DNA of 64,000 nt, taken from Antedon mediterranea. Lineage: Eukaryota; Animalia; Echinodermata. The notes below the pieces were generated by a model. The model saw only the letters and a program-made list of their open reading frames with translations, was not told where the DNA came from and ran no database searches. Location of the stretch: contig NC_092672.1 in the NCBI RefSeq assembly GCF_964355755.1, positions 15,190,001-15,254,000 of the forward strand. The letters are read 5' to 3'. Below are positions 1-12,129 of this stretch, one piece after another (positions within the stretch are counted from its first letter, which is position 1; each line of letters opens with the position of its first letter). Position numbers and translations under genes: made by a program.

Positions 1-5
1 CTACA

Positions 6-14
6 TCTCCCTTT
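6..14 (-). promoter_or_regulatory. Polypurine tract of the Gypsy element, followed by TGTAG (start of 3' LTR, which runs off the window)
   Basis: Minus strand reads AAAGGGAGA-TGTAG just downstream of the integrase C-terminus. Confidence 0.75.
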
Positions 15-773
15 GTTAGTTAATGAGTTGTATATCTATGATTCAGTATTACTGCATACTATATATAGAGTTCTTTTGTAAACAGTCAAAAGTTCAATTA
101 TATTGGTTCAACAGCTTAACTTTACAATGATCAAAGTTCACAAATTATAACGAGGATTTGGACGTATAACTCTTCCATATCGAGTGGTCGACAGTGGTTG
201 GTGTACTTTGGTGTGCGATGGTTGTGTGTCGCTGTTGACTTTCGTGAATACTGGGTTAGGTTCGGACAACGGGATGATGTGTCTGTGATTTCTGCGTAAC
301 TCTGTACCATTAGTATTTATAATGTATGATCGTGGATTGGTTGAGGATTTTAAAATTGTTCTGAGTTGGTCGAAACCTTTTGGTGTTTGTAGTCTTACAA
401 CTTGACCGGGTCGGAATTTGTATGTTGATTTGTTTTGTTGTTGTTTCTTCCTTGAGTTTTTGTATGCCTGATGTCATGATTGGTTTTAACAATTGTTTAT
501 TTGTAGGGATAGTTCTTTAAAGTCACGTGCTCTACGTTTCGTTGCTTCTGCTCCGATATGGCCATCATGAAGTCTTTTGGCATAATTGGCTTGTAATGAT
601 TTGAGTATGATAGCTTTCATCCCTTTCATTATAATGTTATCGATCGTTAATTTTTCTTAAACGGGTTGGCGAAGCTCTGCTGATACATTTTTTTGTTTTG
701 TTGAAATGACTGAGCTGCTGGAGTGTCTGGTCATTTGCGGTAGAGATAGAGAGTTCCTTCAGCGTTGATGGTG

Positions 774-1205
774 TTATGGGTAGTATGGCCATAACTTTAA
801 ACTTCGCTTTTTCGTCGTCACTTTGGTATTGCTACTTGCTGCACGAGACAATGTGTCAGCGACAAACATGTCTACACCTTTCTTGTATACAAGTGATATC
901 TCATATCTCTGGAGTTGCATTATCATACGCTGTAGACGTGCTGGGATCATGAACATCGGTTTGTTCATGATTGCGATCAGTGGTTTGTGATCAGTTTCCA
1001 CTGTTGTTGGTTTACCATATATGTAATCAAAGAATTTGTTACAAGCAAAGACAACTGCGGGGAGTTCTTTCTCTATTTGTGCATAGTTCTGTTCACATGG
1101 GGTCATAGTACGAGATGCATATGCTATGAGTTCACCATTCTGTAAGCATGCAGCGCCTAGACCAAATTGTAACACATGTGAGTGTAATAGCTTTGCATAC
1201 ATCAT
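774..1205 (-). pseudogene. Gypsy pol RNase H domain fragment
   Basis: Translated ORF has Ty3/Gypsy RNase H motifs GLGA, IAYASR, YAQIEKE, TDHKPL, ARLQR and ADTLSR. Confidence 0.92.
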
Positions 1206-2382
1206 AATATTTCAGCAGGGGTAAGTTACATATCATGCTTTGGAGTTGTTCATACGCTTTCTAGTGTTTATTATACCAACACCACTGGACATTGTTATAT
1301 GCTCAAGTTTGGTATGAATTTCGCTAGGTAGTTTAACATACCGAGGTATCGCTGAAGTGATTGAGTGGAGTCTGGAATGTTCATTTTCTTGATGGCACTG
1401 ATTTTGTGGGGTCTGGTTTCAAACCTTCCAAAATAAACGTGTGTCCAACATAGTAAACATTCTGAACACCAAATTACATTTGTTAGGGTTACGGTAAGCT
1501 TTAAATTGAGTTTCGTGCGCAATCAAAGACACTCTTGAGATTTGCGTCGTGTTCCTGCTTGGTTCTTCCTCCAATCAAAATGTCGTCAACTATGATAGAA
1601 CATGGTTGATCAGCGAATAGTTGGTTCATAGCACTTTGGTAGACGTCCGATGATGAATTTGGCATTCTTATTAATACTCTATTAATAACGACCATGAGGT
1701 GTGCTAAACGTTGTGAGAATAGATGACTCGTAGTCTAGTGGTATCTGCCAGAACGATGATTTGGCATCTAATATGGAGATGGTAGCACCTTTCATGTTGG
1801 CTGCTACTTCTTCGTCGGACGGTGTTTTGGTCGTTTGAGCGCTTTATTTAAATCATGTGGATCTATAGAAATATGTGACTGGCAGCTTGCCTAGCGCACT
1901 ATCAAATAAATCTGGGTATTCATCGAATGGGTTCATGTCTGTATGACTGATCTGGACCTAACGATATCAAACCCATGCGTAAACAATCGCGTAGGCCTAG
2001 CAGTGTCTGCACTGGCTTGTTGATGACACTTATTTTCGAGCTTATCTTGTTCGTATTTGGAGCGTCAACATTGTCGATAACAAAGTTTCCAATTACAGTT
2101 TCTACTTGTTCATCATCATCATCATGATAATAATTGTCGTCATAATAATCGTATTGCTCAGTTTGTGTGTGTATCAGTTGGGACTAAGACCGACAGAACT
2201 GGGCGCAATTATTATGTTGGTGACAGGCTCTACATTCTTTACCGTAGGCTGGGCAACTTCTCGTTGGGTGTTTTGTATCACAATTTCAACAATTTGTACA
2301 TGGGTCTAGATGGGCTTTTGTATTGACCTTGTCTATTGGTGCTTCGACCGGGCCTGGGTTTCCTCATGGTAAAGTTATGTTG

Positions 2383-3420
2383 CAGGGGCGGACGCAGGGG
2401 TGTTGCCCCAGTTGCCCGAGCAACACCCTTAATTTCATACTAAATGTTTTTTTCTGGCACTAAATTAAAATTTAGATCCCATTTCATCATTACAATAACG
2501 TTAATAACGTTATAGAAGTCCAGGGTTGGAAAAGACTATAGGCCTATGTAAATTGACAGACTGCAGCGTAAAATTAACCAATTAGCCATCAAAGATACCG
2601 TGTATTTATTTACCGGCGGTCAGCGTTTGTGTGTTTGTTGACTCTTTGGATTGCTTGTGTGCATGAAGGTACGAAAGGCCGCTATGTGGTAAACCCCGTC
2701 ATATGGGTCGTTGATTTCTCCATAATCATTGCATTTTGCCGGGGATTCCCAATCATTTAAATATTTCCGTAGTACCATATTTATCTTCATTTCCATACGG
2801 CTGTAATATTTTGGCGAATTTCCGTAATAATTACCGACGTTCTGAACTTTGAAATAACAGCGTTTAATTGCTTCTTTCTGCAAATTTTGATCTTATTTTC
2901 TTTCTGGAGTGTGGTTGTACAGTTTATAGTGGATAAATGAAAATAAATTTTGGAAATTGTGGGTTTACTGATTTATTTAGCATTTATTTAAAAATAATAC
3001 AGTTTAACGTTTTGCTTAATATCTAGCAGCATCTTTACATTTTTTTCTAAATTGTTTTAATTATTAATTGATAATAAATAATTTGTATTAATTGATTTTA
3101 ATTGCTAGAATTTATTACATGACCGGAAGTACCTTCGTCGGGCACCTCCTCTGACATTCGCATTGAACGCAAAAAATGTTATCCTATTGTTTGTCGATTG
3201 TGTTTTACCGGCGGAAAAAAACAGGAGGCGTGATACGATCTGTTTGCTACTGTAGCCCGATATAGAGTGTCATTTCTATTTAGCGTGAATTTTACGTGCG
3301 AGAGTACCATTTCCGGCCATCTAGGCCCACTTTGGGTGCCTGTGGCGCAAATACTTAGTATCTACGGCCCTGTGAGGACTCTTGGGAAACCCCCTTAAAA
3401 TAGTCCTGCGACCACCCCTG
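2383..3420. mobile_element. Non-autonomous hAT-like (hAT5-type) DNA transposon inserted into Gypsy gag
   Basis: TIRs CAGGGGCGGACGCAGG and CCTGCGACCACCCCTG; 5-bp TSD TGTTG (2378-2382, 3421-3425). Gag continues across the insertion. Confidence 0.85.
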
Positions 3421-4002
3421 TGTTGTTTATTATTATAGCTCATTTGGAATGAATCTACCTGGGACTGAACACTTGCTTTTATGATGCTATACTGTTCATC
3501 CGCAATTTCTGACTGAGCTACTTCTATGACTTTTTTGTAGATCAGTTTCTCACCTTGAGCTAGTAAGGCTTTTTGGATTTTATCATTGTTTATACCACAA
3601 ACGAGATGGTCCCTAAGCATTACTTCTAATGACTGTTCATACTTACAGTCCTTGGCGATGTCTCTGAGAGCTGCAATTGACTCTTGTTTTGACGTGACCG
3701 ACTATTAAATTTATATCTTGCAACGATCATGTTTCTGTGTGGCTTGAAATGTTCGGCTAGCAGGTTCGTCAAACATTGCTTCCTTTGCTTTTCTGGGAGC
3801 TTAAGTCCCCCCAAAAGCTTGAATGTGTTGGTGCCGATTACAGAATTCAGTATCGCTCGTTTCGTCGTGGCATTTGTTATGTTGTTGGCGATGAAATACT
3901 CATTCATTCTGGCTATATCTATGTACGATTGCCAAGTTTCCTGTTTATCGTGAAACTTTGTGACTTCCGAATGTATAGTCATGGCTGGAATTTGTTTCTA
4001 TA

Positions 4003-4016
4003 TCCCATTGACACCA
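4003..4016 (-). promoter_or_regulatory. Primer-binding site (tRNA-Leu-like) next to the 5' LTR end
   Basis: Minus strand reads TACA|TGGTGTCAATGGGA just upstream of gag. It resembles the complement of a tRNA-Leu 3' end (TGGTGTCAGAAGTGGGA) with a short deletion. Confidence 0.75.
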
Positions 4017-4195
4017 TGTAAGCTCTTGCTCATAAATAAACTAGTTGGGCTACATTATAAACTGATTAGATGATTGTAGTTTTATTCTTCACTTGTGTAC
4101 ACATTGAATCCACATGCAGAGAGCATGGTCATACAGGGGTATTTGGTATACATCAGTAATACTCATATTGATTAAACTATAGAGGGCTCACTACT
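4017..4195 (-). repeat. Putative 5' LTR of the Gypsy element (distal boundary approximate)
   Basis: Ends in ...TACA abutting the PBS and contains a minus-strand AATAAA near 4081-4086. The far end is degenerate (ctcactacta). Confidence 0.5.
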
Positions 4196-4205
4196 ATAAT
4201 TAGGT

Positions 4206-5832
4206 ATGATCAGATATGAGATGCTATCAAAGATTTTATATAGCCGAAGGCTAGATCGCAATGAACAGGTCACCCAACATAAGCATCTTGGCATCATTCT
4301 TGACCATCATCTTACTTTTATTCCACACGTTGATATATTAAGTTCCTCTATCTCCATCCTCGCCCGAAACAATGTTTCAGTTATAAAGCGCCTATGTATT
4401 TTAATATGATTCCGAAAATCATTCGACAATCTGAAAATATTATTTCCTTTAAACGTGAACTTAAAGAATTTATTTCCAGTTAATATTGTTCGTACTACAG
4501 TATGTATATATATTTTTTATCTGTCAACGATTTTAACTTCTATATGAATTTTATATAATCATTGTAAATTTATAGGCCTTTAATATATATTATTATGTCA
4601 TTTGAATATTTAATATTTTATGTGTTGATATACTGTATGTATGTTTTATCGAGGGGGTGTCACGAAAGCTCAGACCACGAAAGCTCAGACCCCCTAAGAC
4701 CTAAGATCACGAAAGCTAAGACCCAACACCTAAGATTACAAATACTAAGATATACTACAGCTTAAAAACAATACTTGTTTATCCATACATAATTTTAAAC
4801 ACAGTAGGTTTCATTTATTACCATAAATATAATTTAATACTACCGCAAAACATAGATAAACTCACATTATTTTCGCCCGTTGAGTAAATGTATATTTTTT
4901 CTTTACAACAAACAAACTTGACGGGTTGTTTGTTGGTATATATTTACTCCATTGTGTTGCTTCAGAGGATGTTTTTCTTACGCACCTGCCTTTCTTGTAT
5001 TTTGACTCCAAATTTGTTGACTAACTTTATCCTGAACACCACACTTTAAAATTAGGACTTATAAGTACTTTCAGAAGGAGAAACACATAATAACAAATAA
5101 ATAAATCCTTTAAATTGATGATTTTACAGATGTGTTTCTTTGTATACTGTAATGACAATGTAACTCCTCGAGCTCCCCATGCTCAATGTTTTTGTTTCTA
5201 TGGAGCGCCAAAAGAGCAACAATAATAGTACAAGTATAAAAACAGAAAGAAAACGAAACAAAAAAACTTATCATGATTTTTAAATTAAAATTTATTTGCC
5301 AGTATTTATTTCTTCGTACTTGCATGATTATACTATTATCATTACAATTTTAATTTTACATTGTTCCATCCACACTGTAGATGGACTCCACAGAGTTTTC
5401 AGCCCTCTATATAATTTTTGCTCTTTTGACGTTCCATAGAAACAAAAACATTGAACATGGCCCATGGGGTAGGCCTACTGTACTGTAGGCTAGTCATTTT
5501 GTGTGCGAGAAAAACGTCTGTAAAATCATCAATTTAAAAATGTATTTGTTACTTTTTATGTGATTCTTTTTCATGAAAGTGCCAATTCTAAGGTGTGGTA
5601 TTCAGAATAAATGTTGGGAGTTAAAATACAAGGCAGGTGCGAAAGATAAATATTTGTAATCTTAGGTGTTGGGTCTTAGCTTTCGTGATCTTAGGTCTTA
5701 GGGGGTCTGAGCTTTCGTGGTCTGAGCTTTCGTGACACCCTTTATCGAGGGCCCTAAATGATCAGTTCTATTTGGAACTGGATAGACTACCCTTAGTAAA
5801 GATGGTAATAAATAAATAAATAAATAAATAAA
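4206..5832 (+). mobile_element. 3' remnant of a CR1/L2-type LINE, interrupted by a MULE-like MITE
   Basis: RT C-terminal motif HKHLGIILDHHLTF.PHVD. 3' hairpin CAGTTCTATTTGGAACTG and (AAAT)n tail at about 5807-5831. Confidence 0.7.
4655..5740. mobile_element. MULE/foldback-type MITE with ~90-bp TIRs
   Basis: TIRs GGGTGTCACGAAAGCTCAGACC...TTACAAATA are nearly perfect and built of CACGAAAGCT(C/A)AGACC repeats. 10-bp TSD TTTATCGAGG (4645-4654, 5741-5750). A further internal inverted homology runs 4980-5220 versus 5410-5641. Confidence 0.9.
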
Positions 5833-5837
5833 CAATG

Positions 5838-6242
5838 TTATAGCAGTTCAAAAAGTGGTTCTCTATGGAGAGGGAACCAACAGGATGGCGGCTGCAATCG
5901 ACCAATCAGATATGCCTTACGCAGTACGCACTACTACGCCTGTGTTGAGCCTATCTGCGTGAGAACGATAAGCAATGCAGCGCGTTAAGCGTATAAACGT
6001 GAACGCATTCTGTATGATCCTCGTATAAAAATGCTAGATTACCAAGAAATTATTCATTCTATTGCGAACAATAATTATATTTAATTTTTTAAAAACTTCA
6101 CTGTGCTTTGACAAGGATTTATGTAGTCTTAATGTATTATATTAGATTATTATTTTTTATACTAAATAGTGTTTTTTAACACATTTACAACCGCCATCTT
6201 GTTGGTTATCCTCCTGTTGGAATCACTTTTCAGTCTGTAGTA
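5838..6242. mobile_element. Old MITE with diverged ~55-bp TIRs
   Basis: AAAAGTGGTTC...AACCAACAGGATGGCGGCTGCA is inverted relative to TACAACCGCCATCTTGTTGGTT...GAATCACTTTT. Confidence 0.6.
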
Positions 6243-7769
6243 CGCCCGCTAGTGTTCTTATTACATCTCGCTGGATGGTATATAGTTCTACAGATATTAC
6301 ACTCCACTCTGTAGAGGGGTGTAAATATACCACGATAACGTTTGCACACACGGACCAGGGCGGTAATTAGCTGAAACGGAAAATGGTGTATTTTTGGAGA
6401 GTGATGACGGCAGCATCACACGAGGAGCGAGCTAGACAATGCTGTTAGTAGGAGGAGTGCGTGTGTTTTGAAAATAACTCAGTTGTGAGTATTTTCCGAA
6501 GATTTTAAATCGCGTTAATTCTTTTTAAACTCTTGAATTGATATAGTAATTAAACTCTTAGCTCTTTCACTATGTAGGCCTATTTACACAACTATAATGC
6601 TAACCATTAGCTCTAGCCTACTCTTCTTAATTAAAAGAGTCAGATGCGTCGCAATCCATGTCTAGCGGCGGTTGCAGGTTGGTTGCATCCTTTTTTTTTA
6701 GAATTAAGGGGGGTGGCTAGCACCTTATTCACCACTCCCCCCCACCCCCTAGAACCGCCACTGATAATATACATTTTTAAGGCTTCAGGTCTAAATGTCG
6801 TAACAAGTGTGTGTGTATAATGAATAACGATTATAACTAGTTGTCTCGAAATCTATTTATTCAATAATAATATATAGAGGGCTCACTTTTAAATTACAAA
6901 AGTTGATAAATGATCTATCATCACTATCATTTACTATATAAAAATGAAATGTGAATATGAAACATTTAAGTCCATCATTCCATCATTAAGTCTAACATTG
7001 AATAACATTTTTAACAAACTGAAAATGATTTTCTATAACTATTGTTGAATGGTTCTCTTTTATTCTTTGGTCTTTCAACTCCTTATAACATTGCTGTTCC
7101 GAGCACATCCATTTTTTTACTGAAGCTCATTGTCACTTTCTGAATCACTTACATTATGTAAAACGTTGATATAAGTGTTAAAATGTGCTCTCATTGTACA
7201 ATAAATGTTTCCAATAGCCTACTGGTCATTCACCTATAGATGATAAGTGAAAGTTCCTGTTCTAAGAAATAGATGATAATTATACCTTAACTGTCCCCAG
7301 ACCACAAAGCAATCCATCATTGCTTTGCTCACTCCTTAAGATTAGTTTTAATTTCATAACTTATAACATATCCACCTTTTTTTATTCAATAACTTCAAAG
7401 GCGCTTCAGATAACAAATACAACATTTTAAAACAGCAAAGAAACTAACAGAAACATCAATCAAATCTTCCACAATTAACAAGAAATCGTTGTACATAATA
7501 AACAATAAAGAAGGAAAATCAGATCAAAAAATAAAAATAAAAAATTCTAATATATTGTCAATAATTGAGTTATTGTTTACAAGTAGAACATCTCTTTGTG
7601 TATTATAATTAGGGCAGTAACATAAGAAATGAAGCAGATTCACAACAACAGTCACAAGTACAAGTTGAAGTGTCCCATAGTCCATGTAAAAATAAATGCA
7701 AATTGAGACAACTGAAACCAAGTCGGATTCTAGTGTGAATTTGGTTAACCACAGGTGTATCAGAATGGG

Positions 7770-8667
7770 TCTATGGTCACCGTACAGATAGGCTACTACA
7801 TCAGTAATTCTATGAATGGATGACTAGTTGGTGACAAGAACGCTAGTTGGTCATACCCAATACCGTTTTATTTTACGATTATTCGGAAAACCATCTAACG
7901 ACGTTATACAGGCCTAGGAGCCGACATTATACACAGGCCTAGGAGCCGACATAGATCTCTAGTGGGATTTAACCATCATAAGTCATTCCTCACATTCAAA
8001 ATCTATCCTTTTTTATTTACAAACATTTCCTATTTCTACATTCTATACTACGTTTTCATATTCTACCATTATACCTATGTTTATATTTATATCTTCTACT
8101 ACTATGTATGATACACAGCATACACTATTACACAGTACACAACTGTGCATCACGCACATTGTACGCAAGCATTTCATTCTATTACGCACACGCACTAATA
8201 TCAAACATAACATGGAACCACGTCAGATCAAGTTCAATATTGAATATCGAAACGTGGCAGGCTATAGGCGCTTGACCTTTGACAAGATCGCCTAAAATTT
8301 TTAATTTAAAACTACGATACTTAGCATTGTATATTCATGAATAGCCGCTTCATAGTCTCTTTTCTTCCTTATATCTTATTAACTCAAAATTGTTTATACT
8401 AACAAACATTCTTATTAATATGCCTAGTGTGTAAACATTATTGACATCATTTCACATCCACATACAGTACAACTCTTCTTAAAAAAATTTTTTAAAATCT
8501 TCTATCAACTAAAAGTCGTAGTTAGTCATGTCTCGGGTCACATTCTATGGTCACCGTACAGATAGGCTACTACATCAGTATACTGTACTTCTAAGAATGG
8601 ATGACTAGTTGGTCATACCCAGTACCGTTTGATGTTACGATCATTCGGGAAATGACCTCACGAAGAT
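7770..8667. repeat. Pair of ~130-bp direct repeats (7770-7905 and 8544-8667)
   Basis: Both share TCTATGGTCACCGTACAGATAGGCTACTACATCAGTA and GAATGGATGACTAGTTGGT..CATACCCA. A short tandem ACAGGCCTAGGAGCCGACAT x2 follows the first copy. Confidence 0.85.
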
Positions 8668-9155
8668 AGAGACACTTTGTTAAACACAGATTGGATATGG
8701 GAATCCCACTTGAGTTTTGCATTAAATGTTACCAAGATGCCTATGATCCTTTTAATTTTGTAAATTTACATTATTAAAATTTAAACCAACACAGTTTACT
8801 AAATGTTCATGTGTAAAAAGTATGGCTTTTGTTTTGTTAGCATTAAATGTTACTTTCAATTTTTTTGCCCAATTACAAACATTAAGATCACCATTTAATT
8901 TTTGTTCTGAAATATTATGATCTGTAGAAATATAATGACCCTAATGTCACTGACCCAAAGCGAATTTTGTTAAATGACACCCCTAGATGGCCGAAAATTC
9001 TAACTCTATCTTTATTTACAGTAATTTGTTGAGGAAATTAAATATACCAATGTAAATAGGGGATATTGATACAGTTGAGTACGTATCGGCTGGTGGTCTA
9101 GAAAAAACTAATCGGATGCTACAATTACAGTACGTTATACCATAGATATTATAGT

Positions 9156-9801
9156 CAGGGGCGGTCGCAGAACCATTATAATGGGGTTTCCCAAGAATCT
9201 AGGGCTGTCGGTAATGAGCATGAGAAAATTTTGTTAAATGACACCCCTAGATGGCCGGAAATGGTACTCTTGCACGTAAAATTCATGATAAATGGCACAA
9301 TGTTCACCGCCGGAAATGACACTCTATATTGGGCTACAGTAGCAAACAGCAATACCGATTGTATTTTATCCATTATAAACTGTACAACAGTGTTGCTTAA
9401 ACCACACTCCAGAAAAGAAAATATCGAAATTTGCAGAAAGAAGCAATTTTAACACTGTTATTTCAAAGTTCGGAACGTTCGTAATTATTACAGAATTTTG
9501 GCCCAATATTACAAACATGGGAAATGGAGATATACCCTTTGCATGATGCACAAACAATCTAAACAGTCAGAAATTCATTCTGAGCATGTTCAGAAACATA
9601 ATTATCTACATATATATCTGTGTGCGGTATTGTTGACTGCTGTTTAATTGTATGCTGCGGTCTGTCAATTTACATATAGACTCTTACAGTGTATATGATG
9701 AAGTGGGATCTCAATTTTAATTTATTGGCAAAAAAAACATTTAGTTTGAAATTAAGGGTGTTGCCCGGGCAACTTGGGCAACACCCCTGTGTCAGCCCCT
9801 G
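9156..9801. mobile_element. Second copy (inverted orientation) of the hAT5-like family at 2383-3420
   Basis: CAGGGGCGGTCGCAG...GTGTCAGCCCCTG; 5-bp TSD ATAGT (9151-9155, 9802-9806). The last ~105 bp are the reverse complement of 2383-2490. Confidence 0.85.
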
Positions 9802-10239
9802 ATAGTGCATTATATTCTCTATGATGATAAATATTGATGTACGGTATGTCGGAAGGCTATATACTTAATGCATGCTGACTTCCAGTGATCTAAACAATAG
9901 GTACGCAGTTGTCTGGTGGTGTCCTTTGTACGTATATCGTTCGTGCCCCAGCTCACAATACACGCGTCAATATCATGGGACCAATTTATTTTTCAAGTGA
10001 AAATCGGCAATTCATTTGCAACTCTTAGAAATTTACAGACACGTACCGCTCGAAAGTATGCTCATACAGGGAAGGGAACTTTTGTTCTGTGGGGCATGTA
10101 TTTTGAGGATTTTCAGAGATGAGGGTAAGGTATTGGGCATGTCAGGGATTAGGGATCGCAGTCGATTAAGGGGGTTCGCTGTAAAGGGAGGGTTTGCCTG
10201 AACCATAAAAACCCCCCTGGCTACGGTCCTGGTAATGGT

Positions 10240-10700
10240 CACCCAAGGACTGGTAGTTCCTTCAATAATAACATGTTGTTCACATGAGTTTAAGTAACTT
10301 TGGAACCATTTTAGATGAGTGCCATTAATGCCATGTTGATTTAATTTGTATATAATCCAATTATGTCAAACTTTATCGAAGGCTTTGGAAATATTTAAAA
10401 AAAACTGCAATTACTTCTTTCTTTAAATCTAAAGCTCTAATAAATGTATCTATAAGATAGAGAAGTTGATACGTTGTTGAGTCACATGGTATAAAACCAG
10501 ATTGGTATTGAGTAAGAAGTTTATTTTCAAGTAGAGTTGAGAGTAGCGATGCAGTTCTATACATAACATTTGAAGGGAAATCATCATGATTTAGGAATAA
10601 ATAATTGAGATTTAAAATAATTGTTAAAAGCTTGAACTTTCTCACTATTTAAAGTTAGGACATCATCATTTAATTTGATTGGAGGAATCTTACAATTTTG
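10240..10700 (-). mobile_element. CR1-like LINE RT fragment
   Basis: ORF 10373-10645 reads QSGFIPCDSTTYQLLYL..ALDLKKEVIAVF, with a frameshifted KAFDK downstream. Confidence 0.8.
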
Positions 10701-11444
10701 TTTGGAATTACACAGTTTTGTTCATTAATAAATCAAATTGTTTAATAAAAACAAAATGTCACAGACTAGACATTAACAGCCCTGCTCACTTTCACTGCAC
10801 CAAGAACAACATTGTAGGCTAGATGCATACAGCTCTGCTCATCAGAAAGGTACCAGCGACCTCAACTTGAGACAAATTTTAATGCTGATGACCGACGATA
10901 GTCATTTGAATACATAGAATAAAGATGCGGGCTCTTTTAAATGTGATGAACTATGATGCAAAAGATGAAAATTCAACCTTTTTATATCGGAAACTGTGTA
11001 TCATTCATGGAAAGTGAAGCCAGTGGCACTGGTTAAATAGATCACAGAAATATTTTGTTTTAGGATGTGCATCACAGGTGGATTAAACAACAATATTTCA
11101 CACATTTCCACATTCCCTTGTAGCATAATCTATTTTGTAAAAGTGCCTACTAGAAAAGCCTACAATAAATTTATTGTAATTCATAGAAATATTATTCAAT
11201 GATATTAAATGTTATGCATTTATTTAAAGATTGACTTTAAGAAGATCAATATTTCTTTAATTCATTTCACTACATGAATATTAAAATAATTAAAAGTAAA
11301 CTTTCATTTTTACATTGATTATAAAACTATCTATTAGCTAAATGTAATTTACTCTGTTTTACCATTCACAATTATTATTTCTCTTGTGCAAAGCTAATGT
11401 TTATCTTCCTTACTGTATTATAAGGTTTAAAAAGGTGTAAGCAT

Positions 11445-11691
11445 TGTAGACGCCGCAATACAAACACAGAGACAACTTGGTTACTGTTTCATTTTAATGC
11501 GTTGACCTGATATGATCTTCAACGATTAACTGCAATAGTAATCAAACATACATAAGATAAAGGGGCTAAACCAGAACTAGGCCTAGATAGCCTTAGGCTA
11601 GCATAAACACAAACATAGCAAAACATGTAAACTGAATCAAAGTGGTACAGATATTTACCGTACAGTTGAATGTCCCTGATGGACAACTACA
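11445..11691. mobile_element. Candidate solo LTR
   Basis: 247 bp bounded by TGTAG...CTACA. The flanks AAGCAT and TTGCAT match only partly. Confidence 0.35.
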
Positions 11692-12129
11692 TTGCATATT
11701 AATTTATTAATGTTTAATAGCTTTAATGGCAATTTCTAAACATGTTTAAATATTATATTACTAATTAGGCATATAATATTATATTAGGTATATGATAATT
11801 GTACCTCTATTTATTTACTATTAATATATTATATAGAGAATATACGTCTGTGTCTTTCATTATGCAAACAATTATTTTGCTTTTATTGTGTTTTTTATTT
11901 TTTCACTTTTTGAAGGAAAGGTGGAAGGAAGATGTGTTGTTGTTGCAGTGCGCCACCTTGCATTGTTGTCACCATGTGTTACTGTAGTTGGTTCTAGTAG
12001 GCCTAGTGTCGATTGATATATTATTACTTTCATTTATTTATTAAAAGTGTTATCTTATTCCTCTCCCCCCCCGGCACCTTTGTTTGCCGACGGACACGAT
12101 GATGTGCCGACGGACACAAAATCAGGAGG

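Larger units (their letters stand above)
1..4195 (-). mobile_element. Decayed Gypsy (Ty3) LTR retrotransposon: gag, RT, RNase H, partial integrase; many frameshifts and deletions
   Basis: Gag-like ORFs 3626-3982 (WQSYI..RMNEYFIAN..KRAIL) and 3321-3620 (MLRDHLVCGINN). Zinc-knuckle-like CPAYGKECRACH near 2200-2290. RT IVDDILIGG (1501-1695) and LQRYLGMLNYL. RNase H ORF 774-1205 (IAYASR..NYAQIEKE..VETDHKPL..ADTLSR). Integrase GHIGAEATKRRAR near 530-570 and a C-terminal TRYGRVIRP near 160-185. Confidence 0.93.

Noticed and set aside
2106-2309. Hydrophobic membrane peptide ORF
   Set aside because: It is antisense to Gypsy gag (an Asp-rich stretch on the minus strand).
2620-2883. Captured gene or transposase ORF within the hAT5-like element
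   Set aside because: Short, with no recognisable motif.
6838-7712. Element bounded by AGTTGTCTC / GAGACAACT inverted 9-mers
   Set aside because: The match is short, there is no TSD, and it could be chance.
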